A DNA stretch of 32,000 bases from Candidatus Methanophagaceae archaeon. GTDB taxonomy: Archaea; Halobacteriota; Syntropharchaeia; Alkanophagales; Methanospirareceae. The position numbers and the translations under genes are program-made. The notes beneath the pieces are model-generated. The model saw only the letters and a list, made by a program, of their open reading frames with translations, made no database searches and had not been told where the DNA came from. This document shows, piece after piece, positions 15,556 through 22,316 of the stretch (the stretch's first letter is position 1; each line of letters opens with the position of its first letter). The stretch lies in NCBI GenBank assembly GCA_003194425.1, contig PQXB01000001.1:130444-162443 (forward strand), read 5' to 3'.

Positions 15556-15631
15556 TGGTTTTTAACTCTAAATTAAACTTAAGAAAGAAGAGGGTTTTTA
15601 AGGTGTAACGAAAGAATAAAAGGGAGGAAAG

Positions 15632-15949
15632 ATGGAAGCGAGGGAAGTAATATCTTCGGTTGTAATGGTTTTTTCTACCTTCGTGCTGGCGTACAAATGG
15701 GTGTACAAGTACAAGGCAGGAGACCCAGTGGTCGTGCTCTCGTCGGTGGTTTTGATGGGGATGTTAGCGGTTCTGTTTCTAAGTACAGCAGAGCGGTTAA
15801 AGAGGCTGGAGGAGGAACTAAACGAGAAAGAGCGGTCTTTGCGAGTGAGCATGCAGTCAGTCGAGGAGGAGGTGCGGGAGAAGGTGAGTGCTGCGACGAG
15901 GCGGTTGGACGAGGTTAGGGAGGAGATTGTAAGGAGGGGGTACCGGTAA
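15632..15949 (+). CDS. Small membrane protein (2 TM helices plus coiled-coil tail), function unknown
   Basis: 105 aa. It has two hydrophobic segments followed by the charged heptad-like ERLKRLEEELNEKERSL...EEEVREKV. The antisense 184-aa ORF has shadow-like S/T/L/R composition. Confidence 0.5.
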   Translation: MEAREVISSVVMVFSTFVLAYKWVYKYKAGDPVVVLSSVVLMGMLAVLFLSTAERLKRLEEELNEKERSLRVSMQSVEEEVREKVSAATRRLDEVREEIVRRGYR

Positions 15950-15960
15950 AAAGACATCTG

Positions 15961-16551
15961 ATGTGGAAAGAGGTAGTGGCGAAGTTTGAGGGTCTGCCCT
16001 CGCAGAAGAGGGTCGTTGAACTGCTCTTGGAGCGAGGGTTTCAAGTCAGTGCGGAGGGCAGTGCGGAGGGCAGTGCGAAGGGCAGTGCGAAGGGCAGTGC
16101 GGAAGGAAGGGTGAAGGGAAGAATTGTCTCGGGCGGGATTGAAATTCCGCACACGCAGGTGGCGAACGAGACAGGCGTGGACAGGCGGGTAGTAGACGAG
16201 ACGGTGAGGCGGATTTTGAGGGACGCGGGGCTGCGGGAGATTTTTGAAAATATCAGGTCGGTCGCGTTTCTTGCGGAGGTCGCGCCTTTGCTGGGGCTGT
16301 GTGTGGTTGTAATTTACCCAACGGACGCGAGGGAGAAGGGGATTCTCGGCGAGGTCGCTACGGTGATTGGAAAGCGCGGGGTTAGCATTCGTCAGGCAGT
16401 CAGCGACGACCCCTACCTCGTGGACGACCCGAAACTCACGATCATCGCGGATAAAAATATTCCAGGCGACTTAATTGCGGAAATCGGGCGGATAAAGAGC
16501 GTGAAAAGCGTGCAGATTCTCTCGCCCCGTCTCCCGTCCCGCAGAGCGTAA
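15961..16551 (+). CDS. ACT-domain putative regulator of amino-acid metabolism (COG2150-like)
   Basis: 196 aa. LPSQKRVVELLLERGFQV, IEIPHTQVANETGVDRRVV, GILGEVATVIGKRGVSIRQAVSDDP and KLTIIADKNIPGDLI match the archaeal family from memory. It carries a (SAEG/SAKG)x5 insert. Confidence 0.7.
   Translation: MWKEVVAKFEGLPSQKRVVELLLERGFQVSAEGSAEGSAKGSAKGSAEGRVKGRIVSGGIEIPHTQVANETGVDRRVVDETVRRILRDAGLREIFENIRSVAFLAEVAPLLGLCVVVIYPTDAREKGILGEVATVIGKRGVSIRQAVSDDPYLVDDPKLTIIADKNIPGDLIAEIGRIKSVKSVQILSPRLPSRRA
16048..16107 (+). repeat. 12-nt tandem repeat x5 (agtgcgRagggc), encoding (SA[E/K]G)x5
   Basis: Directly visible and in frame. Confidence 0.95.
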
Positions 16552-16555
16552 AAAA

Positions 16556-17476
16556 GTGCACATTGGAATTGTCACCTGTGAGATTTTAAGAAGCGAGATT
16601 GCAGCGGTAATTGAAAAATCGGGCGTGGAGAATGTTTTTTTCGTGCTGCCCGAGTTCGAGCCTGAGACCTGCAGTTTGGCTCTAAACATAACATCTAAAA
16701 GAATGAACGCTCGGTTTTCGAGCGAGGCAAAAACGAAAACAGGGAGAAGAACGAAAAGAAGAACGAAATTAAAGATAAAAGAGAAGACAATTGCGGGGAT
16801 AAAAAGGGAGATTCGTGAGAGGCGGATTAGGAATTCTGTTATCGTTAAGGTCTTGGATTTGAGGATGCACGACTACCCGGACAAACTGCTGGCTGAGGTT
16901 GCAGGCTGGGTGAAAAAGATGAGTTCGGTTTTAGGCGTGGATTTCGTGTTGCTGGGCTACGGCTTGTGCGGAAGCACGGCGAGCGAGGTGGAGCGAGTGG
17001 TGGTCGACGAGGCAGAGGTGCCTGTAGTAATTCCTCGGGACGGCGGAGGCGGCGACAGCGGGCGGGACAGCGGAGGCGGCGGCGAAATACTAAACAACTG
17101 CGTCGAAATTGCACTTGGCAGGGAACGGGTTCGGGAACTGCTGAAGGAGGAGGTCGGGACTTTTTTTATGACTCCCGCAGGGGCGTCGATCATAAAAGAA
17201 CCTCAAGTAATCTTGGAGTCGTCTATAAATATTAGGGCAGGCAGGCTGAACCGAAGTGCTACTTGCGCTGCTACTGACACGCCAAAAATCGTAAAACTTA
17301 TGAAGAACCACTACCGCAGGGTCGTGAAAATCTGCTACTCTGACGCCGACGAGAAGGACAGGGAGTACTCAAAGACGGTTGAGAAGTTCGCCAAGAAGTT
17401 CGGGCTTGAGGTAAAAGTCGAGCGTGGGTCGGCGAGAATTATGCTCGCGGCGTTGGAGGAAGCCCTCCAACCATAA
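16556..17476 (+). CDS. DUF1638 domain protein
   Basis: 306 aa with a GTG start 4 nt after the previous stop. IGIVTCEILRSEI, DFVLLGYGLCGS, VVIPRD and NNCVEIALG resemble DUF1638. It has a large K/R-rich insert and a GGGGDSGRDSGGGGE insert. Confidence 0.65.
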   Translation: MHIGIVTCEILRSEIAAVIEKSGVENVFFVLPEFEPETCSLALNITSKRMNARFSSEAKTKTGRRTKRRTKLKIKEKTIAGIKREIRERRIRNSVIVKVLDLRMHDYPDKLLAEVAGWVKKMSSVLGVDFVLLGYGLCGSTASEVERVVVDEAEVPVVIPRDGGGGDSGRDSGGGGEILNNCVEIALGRERVRELLKEEVGTFFMTPAGASIIKEPQVILESSINIRAGRLNRSATCAATDTPKIVKLMKNHYRRVVKICYSDADEKDREYSKTVEKFAKKFGLEVKVERGSARIMLAALEEALQP

Positions 17477-17494
17477 AACCTCGCTCTTCTATTT

Positions 17495-18679
17495 TCACTT
17501 GCATTTCTTATAAATTCTTTTAAATATATTTACATTTTTCACTGCCGCAGCAAACGCTTTTGCTCGGGTCTCGCCGACGCCAATTCCTGTGGCTACGGGC
17601 TCTCCGGGTTTTATGATTCTGCCTTTTTCAGGAATATCCGCTACTCCTACCCTTCTACCCCAACTCCCACCGAAGTCCTCTGCCACCACCATTTCCCGCT
17701 CTGCAAAGAGAATCGCTTTTGCGGCGCACCTTTGCCTTTTTGCCTTCACTCTTTCCGGTAGCTCCTTCCCCTCTCCCCCTCCTGCAACAACCGCTTTAAG
17801 ATGCTCGTCCACCAAATTCAAGCCCGTAGAAAGCTCCACCGTGTCGAGGCTGCCTTGAAATCGCGGGTTCACTTCGATCACGACGGGTCGCCGCCCGTCC
17901 GCGGTAACAACAAAATCCACGCCGTTAGAACCCACCAAACCCAACTCAACCACCAACTCCTCCGCAATCTCGCTCATTCGCTGCACCTCCTCCGAAAATC
18001 TCGTCTCAAACGGCGAAATATTCCCGCAGTAGACGAACGGACCGGGAGCGCCGAGACTCTTCAACCCGATTAACTGCTCGTTCACGCAGACCGAGACCGC
18101 CTCGTTCTTTTTAGAAATCGTGGAGACCGAGGCAGGCGTTCCTTTTAAATATTCCTGAAACAGAAATTCGGGCAACCGCTCTGCCCACCGAACCAACTCC
18201 TTCCCGGTCCTGCAGAGGAAATTCGCAGTCCCTCCGCCGCCGTAAGCCGGCTTCGCAACCACCGGGTACTTTAGGTCTGCTCCTTCTCCTTCGGCTATTT
18301 CTTTCCCGGTGTAAGTGCGGGGGTGAGGGACGCCCAAGTCGTCCAATCGGGCGGAGAGCCACGCCTTGTTCGCCACCGCTCTCGTCTTCTCCAGCGAGTT
18401 ACCCACTATTTTTCGCCCCAAGAAATCAGAACCCGCCCTCTCAAACCCTGACCCCAGAATTACGCCGTCTGCTTTGCTTACCTCTCCTCTGAGGAGTTTG
18501 AGACTGCTGAGGAGTTTGAGACTGGCTTGAGGCTGAAGCGGGTCCAAGTGAAAATATTTTTTCGCGCACCTCCTCGTGTCCAAGTCGCCAAAAGCGTCGG
18601 CAGCAGACATTTCGTAGCCCGCTCTGCTGCCTGAACAGACAATGTGCCGAACCGAGTAGCCCACCGCCAACAATTTCAT
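17495..18679 (-). CDS. ATP-grasp superfamily enzyme (COG2232-like carboligase)
   Basis: 394 aa. YPVVAKPAYGGGGT, FQEYLKG, GSNGVDFVV and VIEVNPRFQGSL are typical ATP-grasp elements. It has an (A/S)SLKLL x2 repeat. Confidence 0.7.
   Translation of the reverse strand: MKLLAVGYSVRHIVCSGSRAGYEMSAADAFGDLDTRRCAKKYFHLDPLQPQASLKLLSSLKLLRGEVSKADGVILGSGFERAGSDFLGRKIVGNSLEKTRAVANKAWLSARLDDLGVPHPRTYTGKEIAEGEGADLKYPVVAKPAYGGGGTANFLCRTGKELVRWAERLPEFLFQEYLKGTPASVSTISKKNEAVSVCVNEQLIGLKSLGAPGPFVYCGNISPFETRFSEEVQRMSEIAEELVVELGLVGSNGVDFVVTADGRRPVVIEVNPRFQGSLDTVELSTGLNLVDEHLKAVVAGGGEGKELPERVKAKRQRCAAKAILFAEREMVVAEDFGGSWGRRVGVADIPEKGRIIKPGEPVATGIGVGETRAKAFAAAVKNVNIFKRIYKKCK
18491..18526 (-). repeat. 18-nt tandem repeat x2 inside the ATP-grasp gene
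   Basis: gaggagtttgagactgSY occurs twice, encoding ASLKLL-SSLKLL. Confidence 0.9.
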
Positions 18680-18850
18680 TTTTACTACTCTTATTTGGAT
18701 GGCAAACTAAACAAACTAAAATACAAGGGCTCGTAATTATTATCGGACGGCGGAATGCAGAATCAGTAAGAGCAAGTAAGAAAATATTAGATAGGGGAAA
18801 TAAAATTGCGAATAATAAAAAGAACCTAAACTATTCAAACCTTTAAGTAC

Positions 18851-18859
18851 TTTTAAATA
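18851..18859 (+). promoter_or_regulatory. TATA-box-like element (ttttaaata) about 30 nt upstream of the ATG at 18888
   Basis: It matches the archaeal TATA consensus by eye and lies in an AT-rich 208-bp divergent intergenic region. The spacing implies a very short or absent leader. Confidence 0.3.
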
Positions 18860-18887
18860 CTAATAAAAACAAAATAGAGCAAGAGAG

Positions 18888-20171
18888 ATGAAAATGAAGG
18901 AAAAGGAGAAGAAGGAAAGAGGGGAGAAGCGAAACAACGGCAGCAGCGGCAGGGCGAGAAGAAGGGAAGCAGTGATTTTTACAGGACTTACTTGCGTGTT
19001 TGTGTGTGGTTTTGTCTTCGCGGCAGTAGGGACGCCGCCCCCCACCGCCGCGGGCGCAGAGGGCGCAGAGGGAGGCGGCGGCGCAGGGGGAGGGAAGACC
19101 TGGTACGTGGACGACGACGGCAGCACGAACGCGTGGGACAACGGCACAACCGACGGCGGGAACTACTGGAGTGACCACGCCTGCACGGGCAACCCGTCAG
19201 ACGGAAGCGAGCCGTACGAAATCGACGCGGACAGCACAGACCGCTACCCGTTTGAAGATGTGAGCTGGTGGGCAGCACCACCACCGCTACCAACACTACC
19301 ACCGCCATCAAAGCCCGCGGTCACAATCGCGACCGACAAGACAGAATATTCGCCGTCTGGCAAAGGGAAAACAATTGGTTATTTCACGGTGAGCGGTGAC
19401 GAAATCTGCCTAGAAGAAAGGAAGCCAATTGTTTATTTCTTCGGTTCCGAAGGGTGCGGGTACTGCAAGTGGGAGCATCCAGTGTTCCTAAGTGTTACCT
19501 CAAGGTTTGGGGATTTCATTTCGCTGCACGACAATATGGGAAATTTCAGCGCGGACAAGGAGATTTTTGAGAAATATAATCCCGGTGGTAGCGTGCCGAC
19601 ACTGGTTCTGGGCTGCAAATATTACCGACCCGGCGCTGGCACAAGCATCGGCGAGGAGCAGGAAGCGAAGGTCTTGACAGCTTTGATTTGCGATTTAACT
19701 GACAGTAAGCCAGTAGAAGTCTGCTCTGACCCTGAGGTTGAGGATTTGATGAAGAAAAACACGATGAACCTCACAGACGAGATGAAAATCACAATCGGCT
19801 TGAAGAACCCAACGAGCAGCCCGGTAAACGCTTACTTCGTCTGGAATCTCAGTCTGCCGGACTACGGCTACGAGTGGACGATGATGGTAGTGCCACTGGC
19901 GCCGCTGCCTGCGGAGTTCGAGCAGTGCTACAACTTCTCGCTGCTTATTCCTGACTGGGGTGCGGTTGGGTTTAACGCGAGTTGGACGGTAGCGCTGCTG
20001 GAGGAAACGGCGCCGTACGAGACGATTTGCGAGGACTCTGCGGACTGGAGGTACGTGCCTGCAGGGTCAGGGAGAGGGGTAGTAGAAGAAGAAGGAGGAG
20101 TAAAGCCTGCTGAGGTAGGAGAGGAATTGAAGAGAAGGGTAGAGGAAGAGGGAGTGGAGTTGCCGTTTTAG
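18888..20171 (+). CDS. Membrane-anchored/secreted chimeric protein: beta-helix head/tail remnant, Pro-rich linker, thioredoxin-fold CxxC domain and a C-terminal domain
   Basis: 427 aa. It has a basic N-terminus and a TM/signal anchor (AVIFTGLTCVFVCGFVFAAVG). KTWYVDDDG is followed directly by GGNYWSDH...EPYEIDADSTDRYPFED (NosD/CASH-type ends). The linker is APPPLPTLPPPSKP. The thioredoxin fold shows GCGYCKWEHP with a cis-Pro context (SVPTLVLG). Confidence 0.7.
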   Translation: MKMKEKEKKERGEKRNNGSSGRARRREAVIFTGLTCVFVCGFVFAAVGTPPPTAAGAEGAEGGGGAGGGKTWYVDDDGSTNAWDNGTTDGGNYWSDHACTGNPSDGSEPYEIDADSTDRYPFEDVSWWAAPPPLPTLPPPSKPAVTIATDKTEYSPSGKGKTIGYFTVSGDEICLEERKPIVYFFGSEGCGYCKWEHPVFLSVTSRFGDFISLHDNMGNFSADKEIFEKYNPGGSVPTLVLGCKYYRPGAGTSIGEEQEAKVLTALICDLTDSKPVEVCSDPEVEDLMKKNTMNLTDEMKITIGLKNPTSSPVNAYFVWNLSLPDYGYEWTMMVVPLAPLPAEFEQCYNFSLLIPDWGAVGFNASWTVALLEETAPYETICEDSADWRYVPAGSGRGVVEEEGGVKPAEVGEELKRRVEEEGVELPF

Positions 20172-20205
20172 GTTAGGCGGCTCTCCTCTTTTTTTATTTT
20201 TTAGT
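20112..20205 (+). repeat. Direct repeat copy 1 (94 bp): last 20 codons, stop and terminator of the 18888-20171 gene
   Basis: 92/94 identical to 20727-20820, offset 615 bp. Confidence 0.95.
20157..20202 (+). terminator. Hairpin (gagttgcc/ggcggctc, 2 G-U pairs) followed by T7-A-T6
   Basis: The stem is 20157-20164 / 20176-20183, with T runs at 20189-20202. It overlaps the stop codon of the upstream gene. Confidence 0.45.
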
Positions 20206-20209
20206 TAAA

Positions 20210-20464
20210 ATGAAAAAATATAAGGTCCGAGTAATAATTGACCCCTGTGAAGAGGGGGGATATTTTGCTACGTGCCCAGCCTTGCAGGGCTGCCACGCAG
20301 AAGGAGAGACCTACTTAGAGGCTTTGGAGAACATTCAGGATGTTATCAAAATTCATCTTGAAAGCCGAGCGGAATTGGGAATGTTGCCACCCGATCAAGC
20401 AGAAGTTGTTAGCGTGCTGGACACATTCAAAGTGGAATTAATGGTACCAGTGGCGGAAGCGTGA
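20210..20464 (+). CDS. hicB: HicB-like antitoxin (short UPF0150 form, no DNA-binding domain)
   Basis: 84 aa. YKVRVIIDPCEEGGYFATCPALQGCHAEGETYLEALENIQDVIKIHLE is a textbook HicB N-domain. Confidence 0.8.
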   Translation: MKKYKVRVIIDPCEEGGYFATCPALQGCHAEGETYLEALENIQDVIKIHLESRAELGMLPPDQAEVVSVLDTFKVELMVPVAEA

Positions 20465-20694
20465 GTAAAAAGCTGCCCTCTGTAACCGACAGGGAAGTTA
20501 TCAAGGTTGCCAAAAAGCTTGGTTTCACATTTTACAGGCAGGCAAAGGGCAGTCACGAAGTTTGGCGTAGGGCGAGTGACGGGCGGCATACTGTGATACC
20601 AAGACACGCAGGTAAAATTATCAAACGGAAGACGCTGAAAAGTATCATAAATGATTTTGGAATAACCGTTGAGGTCTTTAACGGGCTGAGATAA
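20461..20694 (+). CDS. hicA: HicA-family mRNA interferase toxin
   Basis: 77 aa. The GTG start overlaps the hicB stop by 4 nt (GTGA). Motifs: VIKVAKKLGFTFYRQAKGSHEVW, VIPRHAGKIIKRKTLKSIINDFGI. Confidence 0.85.
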   Translation: MSKKLPSVTDREVIKVAKKLGFTFYRQAKGSHEVWRRASDGRHTVIPRHAGKIIKRKTLKSIINDFGITVEVFNGLR

Positions 20695-20726
20695 ATATAT
20701 CCAACAAAGAGATTGCATCCCTCTCC

Positions 20727-20820
20727 GAGGTAGGAGAGGAGTTGCAGAGAAGGGTAGAGGAAGAGGGAGTGGAGTTGCCGTTTTAGGTTAGGCGGCTCTC
20801 CTCTTTTTTTATTTTTTAGT
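20727..20820 (+). repeat. Direct repeat copy 2 (94 bp), an orphan copy of the gene 3' end and terminator
   Basis: It has two mismatches to copy 1 (K to Q in the relic reading frame). No upstream ORF is attached: an in-frame stop lies shortly upstream and there is no ATG. Confidence 0.95.
20772..20817 (+). terminator. Duplicated copy of the hairpin plus T-run terminator
   Basis: Same sequence as 20157-20202. It would terminate hicBA transcripts. Confidence 0.35.
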
Positions 20821-20858
20821 CAAGGTTTTTAGCACAGGTAAAAAAGTTGTTGTCTATA

Positions 20859-21152
20859 ATGAATCTTCGGTTTTACAGAGACCCAGCGACAAATCTTCCA
20901 CACATCTACAAACACGGGGTAACAGAGCGGGAAGTAGAAGAAATTTTAGCACAGCCCGGCGAAGACCGTCTTGGAAATGAGGGCTCGCGAGTTGCTGTTG
21001 GTCAGACTCGAGAAGGCAGGTTTCTTCGTGTCGTTTATGTGCCTGACAAAGAGCCTAATAGTTTATTTGTGATAACGGCGTATAATTTAATGGGAAAAGC
21101 ATTGTTAGCGTACCGAAAGCGAAAGCGAAGGAGGAGAAGGAGAAGAAAATGA
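20859..21152 (+). CDS. BrnT/DUF497-like putative toxin
   Basis: The ATG is at 20859; the ORF track starts at the TTG at 20847. IYKHGVTEREVEEIL, GQTREGRFLRVVYV and LFVITAYNL resemble BrnT-type toxins. It has a poly-Arg tail and overlaps the downstream gene by 4 nt. Confidence 0.55.
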   Translation: MNLRFYRDPATNLPHIYKHGVTEREVEEILAQPGEDRLGNEGSRVAVGQTREGRFLRVVYVPDKEPNSLFVITAYNLMGKALLAYRKRKRRRRRRRK

Positions 21153-21382
21153 AGCAGCAGGATAAGTTTCCACCTGGCTGGAAAGAAGAGCGAGTGCGGC
21201 GTGTTTTAACGCACTACGAGAACCAAACAGACGAGGAAGCGGTAGCTGAAGACGAAGCCGCTTTTGAGCTTGAACCTGAAATTGAACCAGAACCCGAAGG
21301 GCAGAGAGGCCAGACGATTATGGAGATCCCGCAAGAACTGGTTCCTAAGGTTCGTGCTCTAATTGCTGAATGTCAGTGCTGA
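21149..21382 (+). CDS. Putative cognate antitoxin (small acidic protein)
   Basis: 77 aa with an ATGA overlap with the upstream toxin-like gene. WKEERVRRVLTHYENQTDEEAVAEDEAAFE ... IMEIPQELVPKVRALI is a pattern I recall next to DUF497-type toxins. The family name is uncertain. Confidence 0.5.
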   Translation: MKQQDKFPPGWKEERVRRVLTHYENQTDEEAVAEDEAAFELEPEIEPEPEGQRGQTIMEIPQELVPKVRALIAECQC

Positions 21383-21475
21383 ATCGTCCCTTTTCAATCC
21401 CGACGACCCTTTCTTCACTACAACTAAAATGCTCATAGGAATATATCTGAAGAAGTAGGAGAGAGGGATGGAGTT

Positions 21476-21520
21476 ACCACACACCCACTCACCACACCAC
21501 TCACCACACACCCACTCACC
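21476..21520. repeat. Imperfect CA-rich tandem repeat (ccacacacccactca-like units x3)
   Basis: It lies immediately 3' of the trpC stop, between convergent genes. Confidence 0.8.
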
Positions 21521-22316
21521 TCGCACCCACAAACTCCCGCACCTTCTCCTCAATCTTCTCAGTCCCAGAATTCATAACCGCCGTGCCCACGAGCAGAGCG
21601 TCCGCACCCGCCGCAAACATTCTCGACGCCTCCTCCTCGCCTTCAATTCCGCTCATCGCGACCAAAACGACCTCGGCAGGGAGTTCGGCTAATCTTGGCT
21701 TCACCTCTGCCGCAACCCGCTCAAAAGTCTCCAAATCCACCTCAAGCCTCTTTAAGTCACGGTTGTTCACGCCCACCAAAACCGACTCCGAAATCCCCTC
21801 CAAATCCGCCTCAAAAATCTTCCTCCACGACTCCCCGTCCACCTCGACCAACGCCTCCAGCCCGAACGAGGCGGCTTTCCTCGCCAACTCCCGCAGCCTC
21901 TTGGCACTCAAAAATCTCGCAATTAGCAGCACCGCGTCCGCACCGCTCGCGTACGACTCGTGCACCTGAAACTCGTCAAAAATAAAATCCTTCCTCAAGA
22001 CCGGCAGCTCAACCTCCGAGAGTTTAACAGCCCTCAAATCCTCCAAACTCCCTAAAAACGCCTCGTCTGTCAAGACCGAAATCGCACACGCCCCGCCGTT
22101 CTGCATTCTCCTCGCTGCTTCTACAGACCCAATTTCTGTTTGTAATTTTGTCCCTTCTTCTTTCAACCCCCTCCGCTTCACTTCCGCGATTACAGCCCTT
22201 TTTCCCGCTCCTTCCCCCGCTCTCTTCGTCTCTAAAATCGCCTCCTTCAGACTCCTCCGCTCCTTTAACCGCTCAACCGTCTCCCGCTTCCTCTTTAAAA
22301 CTTCTTTTACATTCAT
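21516..22316 (-). CDS. trpC: Indole-3-glycerol-phosphate synthase
   Basis: The start was chosen at MNVKEVLKRKRETVERLK (cat at 22314-22316). Motifs: VIAEVKR, ISVLTDEAFLGSLEDL, LPVLRKDFI, ALVEVD, VGVNNRDL. It overlaps the GT4 3' end by 44 nt. Confidence 0.85.
   Translation of the reverse strand: MNVKEVLKRKRETVERLKERRSLKEAILETKRAGEGAGKRAVIAEVKRRGLKEEGTKLQTEIGSVEAARRMQNGGACAISVLTDEAFLGSLEDLRAVKLSEVELPVLRKDFIFDEFQVHESYASGADAVLLIARFLSAKRLRELARKAASFGLEALVEVDGESWRKIFEADLEGISESVLVGVNNRDLKRLEVDLETFERVAAEVKPRLAELPAEVVLVAMSGIEGEEEASRMFAAGADALLVGTAVMNSGTEKIEEKVREFVGAR

Larger units (their letters stand above)
20206..20726. mobile_element. Candidate inserted hicB-hicA cassette (521 bp between 94-bp direct repeats)
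   Basis: It is bounded by the direct repeats. By eye it is more A/T-rich and uses more A/T-ending codons than the flanking core genes. No integrase or transposase is present. Confidence 0.35.

Noticed and set aside
15598-16152. 184-aa minus-strand ORF spanning two plus-strand genes
   Set aside because: It has an S/T/L/R-rich shadow composition, and its (RTAL)n stretch is just the reverse reading of the (SAEG)n repeat. The plus-strand ORF 15961-16551 has clear COG2150-like motifs.
18680-18887. AT-rich region as a replication origin
   Set aside because: There is no adjacent orc1/cdc6 gene, no long ORB-type inverted repeats, and the region is only 208 bp. Divergent promoters explain it.
20112-20820. 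Interpreting the 94-bp repeats as a bona fide integron attC array
   Set aside because: There are only two copies in the window, no integron integrase, and one copy is clearly the native 3' end of a chromosomal gene. It is kept as a cassette-like insertion hypothesis, not called an integron.
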